The notes beneath the pieces are model-generated. The model was not told where the DNA came from and did no database searches. It saw nothing but the letters and a program-made list of their open reading frames with translations. From Gammaproteobacteria bacterium (GTDB lineage Bacteria > Pseudomonadota > Gammaproteobacteria > UBA4575), in the NCBI GenBank assembly GCA_965222615.1, contig CBDCUI010000009.1, forward strand, positions 896,001 to 960,000: a stretch of DNA of 64,000 nt. Direction: 5' to 3'. How positions within the stretch are numbered: the stretch's first letter is position 1; each line of letters opens with the position of its first letter. This document shows positions 1 to 11,148 of this stretch, in pieces. A program made the position numbers and the translations under genes.

Positions 1-288
1 ACGAGCACTTTCTTCAATATTATTTTGCGAAATCTGATTTGGCTCGATATGCACAACTGATATCGGAATTTGCCAAGTTTCACAAATCGTTTTGCAATGT
101 TGATCCCATTGTGCACTGTTTTGATGCAAATGATGATTTACATGCACCGCATGAATCGGTAATTGAGCTTCATGCATGATATGTAATAAAACCGTTGAGT
201 CTAACCCACCACTAAATGCAACAATATATTTAGATATAGGCGGAAAGGAATGAAAAATTTGTTTAATCGCCGTGACAGATAACGACAT
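1..288 (-). CDS. tilS: tRNA(Ile)-lysidine synthetase, N-terminal part (runs off window start)
   Basis: Manual translation from ATG at 288: MSLSVTAIKQ...IVAFSGGLDSTVLLH...HVNHHL...IEESAR (PP-loop SGGxDS); downstream of accA as usual. Confidence 0.9.
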   Translation of the reverse strand, partial: MSLSVTAIKQIFHSFPPISKYIVAFSGGLDSTVLLHIMHEAQLPIHAVHVNHHLHQNSAQWDQHCKTICETWQIPISVVHIEPNQISQNNIEESAR

Positions 289-320
289 ATAACTAAGCAC
301 TCATAATAATGAGTGAAGTA

Positions 321-1283
321 CTACACTGAATCTTTAAATGCACCATACTTAGTAAGGCGCTGATAACGAGCAGCTAATAAATCATCCAAAGTTTGTGACT
401 TAAAATATTCTAATGCAGAACGCAGCGTCACACGAACATTTTTACAGGTTGTATCAATATCACGGTGTGCACCACCCAAAGGTTCTTCAATAACCTCATC
501 TATTAATTCTAATTCTTTTAAACGTTGCGCTGTAATTCCCAAAGCCGTAGCCGCGTCTTCAGCCTTATTGGCATCTTTCCAAAGAATAGAGGCACAACCT
601 TCCGGAGAAATCACTGAGTAAGTGCTATAACTTAACATCGATAAATAATCACCCACACCTATTGCTAAAGCTCCACCAGAACCACCCTCTCCAATTACGG
701 TACATAAAATAGGTGTACGCAAATTGGACATGCGCTGCAAATTCACCGCAATAGCCTGGCTTTGACCACGTTCCTCTGCCCCGATTCCAGGATATGCCCC
801 TGGAGTATCGATAAAAGTTAATACCGGTAATTTAAACCGCTCTGCAAGCTCCATAACTCTTAATGCCTTACGGTAGCCTTCTGGGCGCGGCATACCAAAG
901 TTGCGGCGGATATTTTCATTGGTATTACGACCCTTTTGATGCCCAATGACTGCAACCGACGCGCCTTCGAATTTAGCCAAACCGGTTACAATTGCAGTAT
1001 CATCTGCATACATGCGATCGCCATGTAATTCAATAAAATTAGTAAACAGTCTTTCTACATAATCTAAGGTATAAGGTCGTTTTGGATGACGTGCTAGCTG
1101 GGCCACCTGCCAGGGAGTTAGATTAGAGAATATGGACTCGATTAAATTCTTAGACTTTGCTTGTAGCTTGGCAATTTCTTCATTTAAATTGAATTCATTG
1201 TCGCTCTCGACTAATCTCAATTCATCGATCTTCGCTTCTAGTTCAGCAATCGGCTGCTCAAAATCTAAATAATCTGGGTTCAT
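321..1283 (-). CDS. accA: Acetyl-CoA carboxylase carboxyltransferase alpha subunit
   Basis: YLDFEQPI N-terminus, [33 protein letters not shown]; follows dnaE. Confidence 0.98.
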   Translation of the reverse strand: MNPDYLDFEQPIAELEAKIDELRLVESDNEFNLNEEIAKLQAKSKNLIESIFSNLTPWQVAQLARHPKRPYTLDYVERLFTNFIELHGDRMYADDTAIVTGLAKFEGASVAVIGHQKGRNTNENIRRNFGMPRPEGYRKALRVMELAERFKLPVLTFIDTPGAYPGIGAEERGQSQAIAVNLQRMSNLRTPILCTVIGEGGSGGALAIGVGDYLSMLSYSTYSVISPEGCASILWKDANKAEDAATALGITAQRLKELELIDEVIEEPLGGAHRDIDTTCKNVRVTLRSALEYFKSQTLDDLLAARYQRLTKYGAFKDSV

Positions 1284-1339
1284 ACTGTAAAAATTTTTAA
1301 TATCATTATCTGTACTTGTAACATACTATTAATACTAAA

Positions 1340-4300
1340 CTATACGTTAATCGATTGCTTCTTATATACGACGCTTGTATCTTGAACTTGAGACACTTTA
1401 CTAAGTCGTTGTAATAATTTTTCATCGAGAGAAATGTTCCAATCTTCAGAAAATTTCATTTTGGTAGCAATTGAGTCATTTTGATATTCAACTAAAATAG
1501 AGCAGTTACCATCTTTAAACGGAAATAATAATTGTTGCAGATCTTGCACAATTGTGGTTGCCATGCCTCCCGCCTTGATTTTGATATTCAACATAGTGCC
1601 ATAATCTTTCAAATATTGATCAAAGTTCCAAATTTCACTTGCTCGAATACGAACCCGGCCAGTATATTCGTCCCAGCCTAAGCTGCCTTTAATAATCAAA
1701 ATTTCGTCTTTTTTCAGTAAATGATCAAATTTAGCATAATCTTTAGCAAATACTGCTGCATCAATTCGGCCAGTATTATCATCAAGGGTTAAAAATGCGA
1801 TACGCCCTTTAGGGCTATTTCGCAACCTAATTTGATCCAATAGTCCAGCAACTAAAACTGTTTTCTCATCTGCACGTGACTGCCAAGCCTCTTTACTACT
1901 ACCACTGTAGCCTGTACTCAAGTACTCACTAATATTCTTATTAGTTATCTTTTTTAATTCGCCTTCATAACGTTTTATTGGATGGCCTGTTAAATAAAGA
2001 CCTAGTGTTTCACGTTCACCTTGTAATTTCTTTTCATCTTCCCACTCCGGCACAGACCGCACCTTACTTGTCTTCATGCTGGTCTCAGCATGTCCAAACA
2101 TATCATTTTGCCCGGTATCGCTATCACGTTGTCGCTGCTCGGCATGTCGTAACGATTTTTCAAGGTGTTGAAATAAGCTTGCACGGGTATATCCAAAACA
2201 ATCCATAGCTCCAGCTCGTATCAAGGCTTCAATACAACGACGGTTTACTTTTTGCGTGCCCAAGCGCATACAAAAATCATCTAAGTCTTGATATCCACCA
2301 GATTCATCTCGTATCGCCACAATTTGCTCAACAGCAGCCTGGCCTACACCCTTAATTGCCCCCAAGCCATATAGAATTATCTTTTCTTCAGGTACGGTAA
2401 AATTGTAATCCGAGCTATTAATATTTGGGGACTGCACTTCAAGACCCATACCACGGCACTCTGCAATGAGGTTGACCACCTTATCGGTATTGTCTAAATC
2501 TGATGACATTACCGAAGACATGAACTCTGCGGGATAATGAGTCTTTAGCCAGGCAGTTTGATAGGCCAATAAGGCATAGGCTACAGAGTGCGATTTATTA
2601 AATCCGTAACCTGCAAACTTTTCCATGAGATCAAAAATATAACTAGCAAGTCTTTGTTGTACGCCCCGTTTTGTAGTACCAGATATAAATATCTCGCGTT
2701 GTTGTGCCATTTCTTCAGGCTTCTTTTTCCCCATGGCACGACGCAATAGATCTGCACCTCCTAAGGTATAACCCGCCAAGACTTGTGCAATCTGCATCAC
2801 TTGCTCCTGGTATAAAATTACCCCATAGGTCTGTTTTAGAATAGGTTCTAAATCCGGGTGAAAATAATCTACACGTGCGCCATGCTTACGCAAAATAAAA
2901 TCATCCACCATACCTGACTGCAGTGGCCCAGGACGATACAAAGCGACTAATGCAACAATATCGTCAAACTTATCCGGTTTTAGTTTCTTTATGATGTCTT
3001 TAATACCACTAGACTCAAGTTGAAAAACAGCAGTCGTTTGCTGCCGTTTTAATGTTTCATAGGTAGCAACATCATCTAAAGGAATTTCATTTATATCAAT
3101 TAAAGTCTCATGCCGCTGTTGAAGATTTCCATTAACAAGCCGTATGGTGTTATCAATAATAGTTAAAGTACGTAATCCTAAAAAATCAAACTTAACTAAA
3201 CCAATCGCTTCAACATCATCTTTATCTAGTTGGGTAACAATATTTGTACCACCAGCCTCACAGTATAAAGGAGTAAAATCTGATAACTCTGTCGGTGCGA
3301 TGACAACACCTCCAGCATGCTTGCCAGCATTACGCGCCAGACCTTCTAGGGACATCGCCATATCTAAAATGGCACTTACATCTTCTTCATTTTCATATTG
3401 CTCTTGTAACAAAGGCTCTCGGTCTAAGGCCTTTTGTAAAGTCATCCCCACTTCAAATGGAATCAGTTTAGCTATACGGTCTACAAAACCATATGGATGC
3501 CCTAACACCCTTCCGACATCGCGCACTACTGCACGTGCTGCCATACTGCCATAAGTGATAATTTGACTCACATGAGTACGACCATAACGTTGCCCTACAT
3601 ATTCAATTACGCGGTCGCGATTATCCATGCAGAAATCAATATCAAAATCAGGCATGGACACACGCTCTGGATTTAAAAAGCGTTCAAAAAGTAAGTCATA
3701 ACGTAGCGGATCGATATCAGTTATCCCTAATGCATAAGCTACGAGTGAACCAGCACCTGAGCCACGGCCCGGCCCTACGGGTATAGCATTTTCTTTGGCC
3801 CAACGAGTAAAATCAGCAACGATAAGAAAGTAACCTGCATAGCCCATAGAGTTTATTACTTCCAATTCTGTATTTAGACGCGTTTGATAAGCATCAAGCT
3901 GTAACACATAATCATCACTTAGCTTCTGCAAGCGCTTTGCTAGTCCTTTTTCCGCCTCAGCCTGCATAAATTCTTGAGGAGTTAGTGCATTCGGGATTGG
4001 AAATTCCGGTAGAACATTACCCCCAAGTGTTAGTGTGACATTGCAACGTTTTGCGATTTCAACACTGTTGGTGATGGCTTCCGGTATATCTGCAAATAGC
4101 TCTGCCATTTCTTCACTACTGCGCAGGTACTGCTGCTCTGAATATAAGCGTGGCCGGCGTGGATCATTTAACACTCTTCCAGTTTGAATACATACACGAG
4201 TTTCGTGTGCAGCATATTGATCGCGGCGCAAGAAACACACTGCATTACTGGCCACTACTGGTAGTGAACGTTTTACTGCAAGTTGTAAAACATTATGTAT

Positions 4301-4843
4301 ATACAATTCCTCTTCTTCACGACCTGTACGTTGCAATTCAATATAGTAATTATCTTTAAAGTGCTTACACCAAAAATCTACATACTGCTCAGCCAGCTTA
4401 TAATTACCAGAAATAATAGCCTTACCGACATCTCCATCTCGAGCACCAGATAAAACGATGAGATCCCGTCCAACGTTGATTAGCCAATTACGTTCCAGGG
4501 TTGGGCCACTACCATGCTGACCTTCCAAATAACTTCTAGTGACTAATTTGGTAAGTGTTTTATAACCTTTTTCGTTTTTGCATAAAATAATAATGCGTGA
4601 AGTAGGCTCCTTAGGTGTTAGACCGGTTACTAGAGCATCAAGTCCAATGATTGGCTTAATGCCATTTTTTAACGCGGCTTGATAGAACTTCACCAAAGCA
4701 AATAAGTTATTAACATCTGTTAATGCAACCGCAGGCATGCCGAGTTCACTAACCATACTCATGAGCTCAGGAACTCGTACAATGCTATTTACGAGCGAAT
4801 ACTCAGTATGTATATGTAAATGTACAAATTGCGTCATTATCAA
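1340..4843 (-). CDS. dnaE: DNA polymerase III alpha subunit
   Basis: PHP motif HLHIHTEYS, GRGSGAGS, FERFLNPER, PDFDIDF, KFDFLGL, YGFNKSH. Confidence 0.98.
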   Translation of the reverse strand: MIMTQFVHLHIHTEYSLVNSIVRVPELMSMVSELGMPAVALTDVNNLFALVKFYQAALKNGIKPIIGLDALVTGLTPKEPTSRIIILCKNEKGYKTLTKLVTRSYLEGQHGSGPTLERNWLINVGRDLIVLSGARDGDVGKAIISGNYKLAEQYVDFWCKHFKDNYYIELQRTGREEEELYIHNVLQLAVKRSLPVVASNAVCFLRRDQYAAHETRVCIQTGRVLNDPRRPRLYSEQQYLRSSEEMAELFADIPEAITNSVEIAKRCNVTLTLGGNVLPEFPIPNALTPQEFMQAEAEKGLAKRLQKLSDDYVLQLDAYQTRLNTELEVINSMGYAGYFLIVADFTRWAKENAIPVGPGRGSGAGSLVAYALGITDIDPLRYDLLFERFLNPERVSMPDFDIDFCMDNRDRVIEYVGQRYGRTHVSQIITYGSMAARAVVRDVGRVLGHPYGFVDRIAKLIPFEVGMTLQKALDREPLLQEQYENEEDVSAILDMAMSLEGLARNAGKHAGGVVIAPTELSDFTPLYCEAGGTNIVTQLDKDDVEAIGLVKFDFLGLRTLTIIDNTIRLVNGNLQQRHETLIDINEIPLDDVATYETLKRQQTTAVFQLESSGIKDIIKKLKPDKFDDIVALVALYRPGPLQSGMVDDFILRKHGARVDYFHPDLEPILKQTYGVILYQEQVMQIAQVLAGYTLGGADLLRRAMGKKKPEEMAQQREIFISGTTKRGVQQRLASYIFDLMEKFAGYGFNKSHSVAYALLAYQTAWLKTHYPAEFMSSVMSSDLDNTDKVVNLIAECRGMGLEVQSPNINSSDYNFTVPEEKIILYGLGAIKGVGQAAVEQIVAIRDESGGYQDLDDFCMRLGTQKVNRRCIEALIRAGAMDCFGYTRASLFQHLEKSLRHAEQRQRDSDTGQNDMFGHAETSMKTSKVRSVPEWEDEKKLQGERETLGLYLTGHPIKRYEGELKKITNKNISEYLSTGYSGSSKEAWQSRADEKTVLVAGLLDQIRLRNSPKGRIAFLTLDDNTGRIDAAVFAKDYAKFDHLLKKDEILIIKGSLGWDEYTGRVRIRASEIWNFDQYLKDYGTMLNIKIKAGGMATTIVQDLQQLLFPFKDGNCSILVEYQNDSIATKMKFSEDWNISLDEKLLQRLSKVSQVQDTSVVYKKQSINV

Positions 4844-4869
4844 ACAGCTCTTATATATGGTTTCCTATA

Positions 4870-5478
4870 TCAGGCTAACGATTTTTCCTGTAATACCATC
4901 GCATCTCTAACAGGCTTATAACTACGTCTATGCAATTCACATGGACCAAACTTTTTCAATGCTGCTATGTGTTGCGAAGTGGGATAACCTTTATGTCGGT
5001 CAAAACCATACTCCGATATTCGTTTATGATGTTCTAACATTTCTACGTCTCGCGTTACCTTAGCAAGTATTGATGCAGCACTAATAGCCGGAATCGTTTC
5101 ATCACCTTTTACAATTGCCGTACAACTAGTATTTATTTGCGGACAATGCAGACCATCTATAAATACTTGTTTTACTTCTAGCTGCATAGCAATGAAGGCA
5201 CGCTGCATCGCGCGTAGCGTTGCATGGTGTATATTAATTTCATCAATCTCCTCTGCCGTTGCGTGTCCGATCCCCCACGCTAAAGCATGGTTTTTAATTT
5301 CCGTAAATAACCGAAGTCGCTTAGTGTGTGAAATCTTCTTAGAATCTGCCAAATCCGCAATATGCTTTTTAGGATGTAATACTACTGCTGCTGCCACCAC
5401 GGGCCCAGCTAAAGGTCCTCGACCGGCTTCGTCTATTCCGGCTACCAGTTCGCAAGTTTCTATATTTTCCCGCATCAA
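4870..5478 (-). CDS. rnhB: Ribonuclease HII
   Basis: GIDEAGRGPLAGPV, DSKK, AASILAKV, HKGYPT. Confidence 0.97.
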   Translation of the reverse strand: MMRENIETCELVAGIDEAGRGPLAGPVVAAAVVLHPKKHIADLADSKKISHTKRLRLFTEIKNHALAWGIGHATAEEIDEINIHHATLRAMQRAFIAMQLEVKQVFIDGLHCPQINTSCTAIVKGDETIPAISAASILAKVTRDVEMLEHHKRISEYGFDRHKGYPTSQHIAALKKFGPCELHRRSYKPVRDAMVLQEKSLA

Positions 5479-5520
5479 GAATGACTGATTAAATAATGAC
5501 CGCTGTGATTGGATCTAAGG

Positions 5521-5556
5521 TTAGGCGTTAGAACTTAAACTTCGTATACTGCGCGC
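5521..5556 (+). promoter_or_regulatory. Candidate sigma70 promoter for the gnnA-gnnB-lpxB block
   Basis: TTAGGC-18 bp-TATACT followed by GC-rich GCGCGC in the divergent rnhB/gnnA gap. Confidence 0.35.
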
Positions 5557-5584
5557 TTGATTTTTAAAGGATACCGGAAATAAA

Positions 5585-6517
5585 GTGCCAGAGATACAAA
5601 CCGCAGTCATAGGTGTTGGCTATTTAGGCAAATACCATGCACAAAAATACTCTCTGTTGAAAAACAGCAAGTTACTCGCTGTTGTTGATGAGAACATTAA
5701 AAAAGCTCACGAAATTGCTACAGATTGTGAATGCAGAGCACTTACCGATTATCATGAGTTACTCGGTGAAGTGGAAGCCGTGAGTATTGTGGTACCTACG
5801 GATCTACATTTTAAAGTCGCTAAAGATTTTCTCGAGTCTCACACTCATGTGCTAGTAGAAAAACCGATTACCACAACTCTTGAACAAGCGGATGAATTAA
5901 TCGAACTTGCTAAACAAAATGACTGTATATTACAAGTTGGACATTTAGAACGATTTAACCCGGCGATCGTTGCTTTGGAACAAGAGCTTTCAGAAGCTAG
6001 ATTCATTGAGTCTCATCGACTGGCCCCTTATAACCCACGCGGGACAGATGTGAATGTTGTACTTGATTTGATGATACATGACATTGACATTATTCTTGAT
6101 ATCGTAAACTCTGAAGTCGAAAAAATTGATGCAAGTGGTACTCCTGTGCTATCTAAAGACATAGATATTGCAAATGCTCGTATCGTTTTTAAAAATGGCT
6201 GCGTTGCAAACGTAACTTCCAGTCGCGCAAGCAATAAAACTGATCGCAAAATGAGAATCTTTCAACATGACGCTTATCTTTCAGTAGATTTTCAAAATCG
6301 AGAGCTATCCGTATATCGAAAAGGTAAAGGTGAGATGTACCCAGGTATCCCTAATATAGATATTCAAAACTCAAAATTTGAAGAATCAGACGCTTTACTG
6401 ACAGAAATCGAGCATTTCCTAACTTGTATATCTAGTGCAACTGCTCCAAAAGTAAGTGGACAAGACGGAAAACGTGCGCTAGCAACTGCAATTCAAATTA
6501 GCGAGATGCTTACGTAA
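5585..6517 (+). CDS. gnnA: Gfo/Idh/MocA oxidoreductase, probable UDP-GlcNAc 3-dehydrogenase GnnA
   Basis: GVGYLG Rossmann motif, VLVEKP, VGHLERFNP, DLMIHDID; adjacent to a DegT aminotransferase and lpxB. Confidence 0.75.
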   Translation: MPEIQTAVIGVGYLGKYHAQKYSLLKNSKLLAVVDENIKKAHEIATDCECRALTDYHELLGEVEAVSIVVPTDLHFKVAKDFLESHTHVLVEKPITTTLEQADELIELAKQNDCILQVGHLERFNPAIVALEQELSEARFIESHRLAPYNPRGTDVNVVLDLMIHDIDIILDIVNSEVEKIDASGTPVLSKDIDIANARIVFKNGCVANVTSSRASNKTDRKMRIFQHDAYLSVDFQNRELSVYRKGKGEMYPGIPNIDIQNSKFEESDALLTEIEHFLTCISSATAPKVSGQDGKRALATAIQISEMLT

Positions 6518-6547
6518 TTACATTTATTATTAACCTTAGGTTTCCCT

Positions 6548-7648
6548 ATGATCCCAATGCTCGACTTGAAGCTGCAGTATAAACTGCTGCACGATGAAAT
6601 TAATGATGCCATTTCTTCGGTGTTACAAAATACACAATTTATTAACGGACCAAATGTCAAGGAGTTTGAAAAAGAAGCGGCAACCTACCTAGGCGTTAAG
6701 CATGCAGTTTCATGTAACTCTGGTACGGATGCTCTACATCTAGCACTACGAGCTTGTGGGATTGGTAATAATGATGAAGTTATTACGACTCCGTATAGCT
6801 TTGCTGCAACGGCCGAGGCAATTTGCTACGTTGGTGCTACACCTGTGTTTGTAGATATTGATCCAATCTCTTTTAACATTACAGCTGATAACATTAAAAA
6901 AGCAATCACTGACAAAACACGTGCTATCCTACCCGTACATATATTTGGTCAAGTAGCCGAAATCGAAACTATTTGTAGTATTGCACAACAAAATAATCTA
7001 CGCATCATTGAGGATTGTGCACAATCGTTTGGAGCCAAAACTCAAAATCAATACACTGGCACGTTTGGAGATGCAGGTTGTTTTAGTTTTTTCCCAAGCA
7101 AAAATTTAGGCGCTTATGGTGATGGTGGATTGTTTACTACAAATTCAGATGAACTTGCCGAACAGTTTTCGCTATTAAAAAGCCACGGCAGCAAGGCAAA
7201 AAACCAACATCAAATCATTGGATGGAATAGCCGTCTTGATGAAATTCAAGCTGCAATATTGAGGATTAAATTAAAGCATATAGACAAATTTAATCAACAA
7301 CGTATCCATGTTGCTACTCGATATGCCGAGTTACTGGATGTTTTACCTATACAAACACCGATTGTTAAAGACAAAACATCACATGTATTTCACCAATACA
7401 CCATACTGAGCGGAAAGCGCGACATAATCAGCAATCAATTAATGCAGCGAAATATAGGGCATGCATTTTTTTACCCCATACCATTATCTGAGCAAAAAGC
7501 ATTAAACAACAAATCTCGTGAATTGGATTTACAAAATACTCGAAAAATTTGTTCAGAATGTATTTCTCTGCCAATTTTTCCAGAAATGACGGACCAGCAG
7601 ATCAATACGGTAGTCGAAGCAATTAAACAGGCACATGCCGAGCAATAA
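6548..7648 (+). CDS. gnnB: DegT/DnrJ/EryC1/StrS aminotransferase, probable GnnB
   Basis: SGTDALHLAL, IIEDCAQSFG, SFFPSKNLGAYGDGG, NSRLDEIQAA; overlaps lpxB start. Confidence 0.75.
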   Translation: MIPMLDLKLQYKLLHDEINDAISSVLQNTQFINGPNVKEFEKEAATYLGVKHAVSCNSGTDALHLALRACGIGNNDEVITTPYSFAATAEAICYVGATPVFVDIDPISFNITADNIKKAITDKTRAILPVHIFGQVAEIETICSIAQQNNLRIIEDCAQSFGAKTQNQYTGTFGDAGCFSFFPSKNLGAYGDGGLFTTNSDELAEQFSLLKSHGSKAKNQHQIIGWNSRLDEIQAAILRIKLKHIDKFNQQRIHVATRYAELLDVLPIQTPIVKDKTSHVFHQYTILSGKRDIISNQLMQRNIGHAFFYPIPLSEQKALNNKSRELDLQNTRKICSECISLPIFPEMTDQQINTVVEAIKQAHAEQ

Positions 7649-8813
7649 TAAGCAACCAACTAACTCTTCACGCTTGATGATCATTGTGGGTGAAGCCTCT
7701 GGAGACTTACACGGTGCCAAATTAATCCTTGCACTCAAGAAAATTCTTCCACATATTAAATGCTACGGCTTAGGCGGCGAAAAAATGCAACAAGCTGGTG
7801 TTGACATTCGAGTCAATGCCTCGGAACTCTCTGTTGTCGGTTTAGTAGAAGTAATTAAACATTACCCTCGACTGCGAAAAATTCTAACTAAAATGAAACA
7901 GGAGTTAAAAAATAACCCGCCGGACCTATTAGTGCTGATCGACTCTCCTGATTTTAATTTACCTCTGGCAAAAACAGCAAAAAAGTATGGCGTTAAGGTG
8001 ATGTATTACATCAGTCCACAAATTTGGGCATGGCGATCTTCACGGATAAAAATCATAAAAAAATATGTCGACTTAATGGCAGTAGTATTCCCATTTGAAG
8101 AACAATTTTATAAAAATGCCGATGTTCCAGTTGAGTTTGTTGGACATCCATTAACAAAAGATGCGGTCAGTACCACTACAAGGGATATTTTTTTTACTAA
8201 TGAGAAGTTAGATGTTAGCAAAAAACTAATTGGCATTTTTCCAGGAAGCCGAGCCAGCGAAATTGATAATAATTTTTCGGTATTGTTAGATGCGGCTTCA
8301 GAGTTATTGAAACGCAGAAACGATATTCAGTTTATAACTCCTATCGCCAGCACCATATCTAAACAGCACTTACAAAAATATATCACCGATTCTGGCATTG
8401 ATGTTACAACAACCACAGCAAATATCTATGATGTGATCAATGCCTGTAATGCCATTGCAGCTGCATCTGGTACGGTTACTCTACAGATAACTTTAATGCA
8501 AACGCCTATGCTGATTGTGTATATAATTTCACCATTGACTTATCGAATATTAAAAAATATTGTGAACTTTACTTACGCCGGCATTGCCAACGTAATCGCT
8601 GGAAAAGAAATCTGTCGAGAATTTATCCAAAATGATGCAACATCAAAAAATATTGCAGATGAACTTGAAAGACTTTTAACGGATACGAACTACGTGTCTA
8701 TAATGAAAAGTGAAATGCAAAACATTAAAGAAAAATTAGGCAGTCGGGATGGTGCCACTGAAGCTGCCAGACTAGCTGCAAATTTAATAGTACCCACCTC
8801 AAAATGCATCTAG
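7635..8813 (+). CDS. lpxB: Lipid-A-disaccharide synthase
   Basis: GEASGDLHGA, IDSPDFN, SPQIWAWR, FPFE, VGHPL, PGSR, SGTVTL. Confidence 0.96.
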   Translation: MPSNNKQPTNSSRLMIIVGEASGDLHGAKLILALKKILPHIKCYGLGGEKMQQAGVDIRVNASELSVVGLVEVIKHYPRLRKILTKMKQELKNNPPDLLVLIDSPDFNLPLAKTAKKYGVKVMYYISPQIWAWRSSRIKIIKKYVDLMAVVFPFEEQFYKNADVPVEFVGHPLTKDAVSTTTRDIFFTNEKLDVSKKLIGIFPGSRASEIDNNFSVLLDAASELLKRRNDIQFITPIASTISKQHLQKYITDSGIDVTTTTANIYDVINACNAIAAASGTVTLQITLMQTPMLIVYIISPLTYRILKNIVNFTYAGIANVIAGKEICREFIQNDATSKNIADELERLLTDTNYVSIMKSEMQNIKEKLGSRDGATEAARLAANLIVPTSKCI

Positions 8814-8851
8814 TCTGCTATTTTTAGATAGACTCTTATATCTAGATAAAA

Positions 8852-9652
8852 TTATTGAACAATTCCTCTTTCACTGGCAAGAATAAACTCTAAAAATTTC
8901 TTTACTTCTGGATATTGTTTTGCAAGTTGCTCAACTTGTGCTATGGACTCACTTCTTGAAGCTTTATTGCGAATAAGCAATTTATAAGATTTGTGCAAGG
9001 CTTGAATACTATCTTCAGTAAAATTCCTACGACGCAAACCTTCTTTATTAAGCCCATGCGTTGTTGCGTAATTGCCCGAAGCCATAACATAAGGAGGGAG
9101 ATCCCTGTTTAAGGCGGTACCCATAGCACAAAATGAATGTTCACCAACTCGACAAAACTGATGTACTAAGGTAAATCCACCCAATATTGCAAAGTCTTCT
9201 ACATTTACGTGGCCTGCCAAGGTTGCGCCATTTGCAAAAATTGTATCGTTACCCACATTGCAATCATGTGCAATATGTACATACGCCATGATCCAATTGC
9301 GATTTCCTAGTTTTGTAAAACCCTGATCCAGATCGGTACCTCGATTAATGGTGACATATTCTCTTATGGTGTTATCGTCACCAATAAATAACTCACTCTG
9401 CTCGCCTTGATATTTTTTATCTTGCGGAATTTCGCCAATAGAAGAAAATTGGAAGATTCGATTCCCTGAGCCTATCGTGGTAGGCCCATTAATTACTACA
9501 TGTGGCCCAACCCAGGTGTTTTTACCTATCGTTACATTGGCGCCAATTATTGAATAAGGCCCAATGGTTACATTTGGTGCAAGCTGCGCACTAGAATCAA
9601 CTATTGCTGTTGAATGTATGTCTCGATTTTCCTTGACCATAGCTGAAGACAT
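8852..9652 (-). CDS. lpxA: Acyl-ACP:UDP-GlcNAc (or UDP-GlcNAc3N) acyltransferase
   Basis: Hexapeptide repeats, PQDKKY, HIAHDC, LAGHV, VHQF, GLRRR. Confidence 0.97.
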   Translation of the reverse strand: MSSAMVKENRDIHSTAIVDSSAQLAPNVTIGPYSIIGANVTIGKNTWVGPHVVINGPTTIGSGNRIFQFSSIGEIPQDKKYQGEQSELFIGDDNTIREYVTINRGTDLDQGFTKLGNRNWIMAYVHIAHDCNVGNDTIFANGATLAGHVNVEDFAILGGFTLVHQFCRVGEHSFCAMGTALNRDLPPYVMASGNYATTHGLNKEGLRRRNFTEDSIQALHKSYKLLIRNKASRSESIAQVEQLAKQYPEVKKFLEFILASERGIVQ

Positions 9653-9664
9653 AATGCTAGCAAG

Positions 9665-10129
9665 CTATTTAGTTTCTACTTCCTTAAATACACACATCAA
9701 TTCAGCAGTAGTAGCAACTTCGCCATCTACCGAGGCAGTAGCATTAAATACTCCATAACTACGCTTATGTCTGAGCAAACGGACATCTAATAGCAGCTGA
9801 TCTCCCGGTCCAACCTGTCTTTTAAAACGTGCTTTATCAATCCCTACAAATAAGTAAAGACTGTCGTCATCTGGACGCCATTCGGGATTACTCAGCGCCA
9901 ACAACCCAGACGCTTGCGCAAGCGCTTCCAAGATTAACACTCCTGGCATAACTGGTGCACTTGGGAAATGACCTTGAAAAAAAGGTTCGTTATAGCTTAC
10001 ATTTTTTAATGCGACAATGGATTGACCGATATTATTTTCAACCACTCGATCGACTAATAAAAACGGATAACGATGTGGCAAATATTTTAAAATATCATGA
10101 ATAGTCAATTCGGCCATAATCTTACTCAC
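9665..10129 (-). CDS. fabZ: 3-hydroxyacyl-ACP dehydratase
   Basis: [31 protein letters not shown]. Confidence 0.97.
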   Translation of the reverse strand: MSKIMAELTIHDILKYLPHRYPFLLVDRVVENNIGQSIVALKNVSYNEPFFQGHFPSAPVMPGVLILEALAQASGLLALSNPEWRPDDDSLYLFVGIDKARFKRQVGPGDQLLLDVRLLRHKRSYGVFNATASVDGEVATTAELMCVFKEVETK

Positions 10130-11133
10130 ATCTTCTCTAGCTTTTTAATTCGCTCAGCTAACTCATCAAGTTTATTGAAAAGCGCTGAACTTTTTAACCA
10201 TTTTTTATAAGGCTGCACTGGCGTGCCAGAAACATAAGTACCGGCTTCTTTTATTGAGCGAGTAACTCTAGCCATAGCGCCTATAGTGACACGATCGGTA
10301 ATTTCAAGATGCCCTCCAATCCCCGCAGCTCCACCAATTCCACAAAACTTTCCAATAGTTGTGCTACCCGCTATGCCCACACAAGCGGCAATAGCAGTAT
10401 GTGCACCAATTCTAACGTTATGCGCGATTTGAATTTGATTATCAAGTTTCACTCCCTCTTCTACAATGGTGTCTCCCAATGCGCCTCTGTCAATTGTAGT
10501 ATTTGCTCCAATTTCCACATCATCACCAATCTGAACTTTGCCTAGCTGAGGAATCTTGACCCATTTGCCCTGATCATTAGCTAAACCAAATCCATCGCTT
10601 CCTAACACACAACCAGTATGAATTGTAACGCGATTACCAAGTACCGTTTTATCACATAGAGTTACATGATTAATCAATCGACAACTCTTTCCAAGAACAC
10701 AAGATTGATGAATCACACAATTAGGGCCAATATAGGTGTTGTCTCCTATTTCACAATTCTCTTCGATAACTACATAAGGCCCAATATAGCAGTTTTTACC
10801 AAGCGAAACGTTATTGGGAACTATCGCCGTTGAATGGACACTAGACTCATGTGTAGGCAATGGATTTAATAATGCAGCGATTTTCGCGAATATTAAATAA
10901 GGATTATTAGAAATTAAGGCGTGTGTGGGGCAAAGATCTAAATATTCTTCATTTAAAATAACTGCAGAAGCTTGAGTACCTAGCAGCTGATCTTTAAGCC
11001 TTGGATTAACAAAAAAAGAAATTGATCCTGTGTTGGCCCTTTCAAGGCTATCGACACTATAAATTTTACAAGATGGATCACCTTTTATTGTTGTCTCAGT
11101 TAACTCAGACAATTTTTCCAGCGTGAATGTCAC
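10126..11133 (-). CDS. lpxD: UDP-3-O-acylglucosamine N-acyltransferase
   Basis: [28 protein letters not shown]. Confidence 0.97.
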   Translation of the reverse strand: MTFTLEKLSELTETTIKGDPSCKIYSVDSLERANTGSISFFVNPRLKDQLLGTQASAVILNEEYLDLCPTHALISNNPYLIFAKIAALLNPLPTHESSVHSTAIVPNNVSLGKNCYIGPYVVIEENCEIGDNTYIGPNCVIHQSCVLGKSCRLINHVTLCDKTVLGNRVTIHTGCVLGSDGFGLANDQGKWVKIPQLGKVQIGDDVEIGANTTIDRGALGDTIVEEGVKLDNQIQIAHNVRIGAHTAIAACVGIAGSTTIGKFCGIGGAAGIGGHLEITDRVTIGAMARVTRSIKEAGTYVSGTPVQPYKKWLKSSALFNKLDELAERIKKLEKM

Positions 11134-11148
11134 TATTGAATGAAGTCG

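Noticed and set aside
5480-5504. AATGACCGCT, resembling a half-site of the 30-bp palindrome, near the inversion breakpoint
   Set aside because: Only one arm is present and there is no partner at the 8814-8851 breakpoint; a degenerate 10-mer can occur by chance in 64 kb.
5479-8851. Phase-variable invertible segment
   Set aside because: No inverted repeats shared by the two junctions and no invertase nearby.
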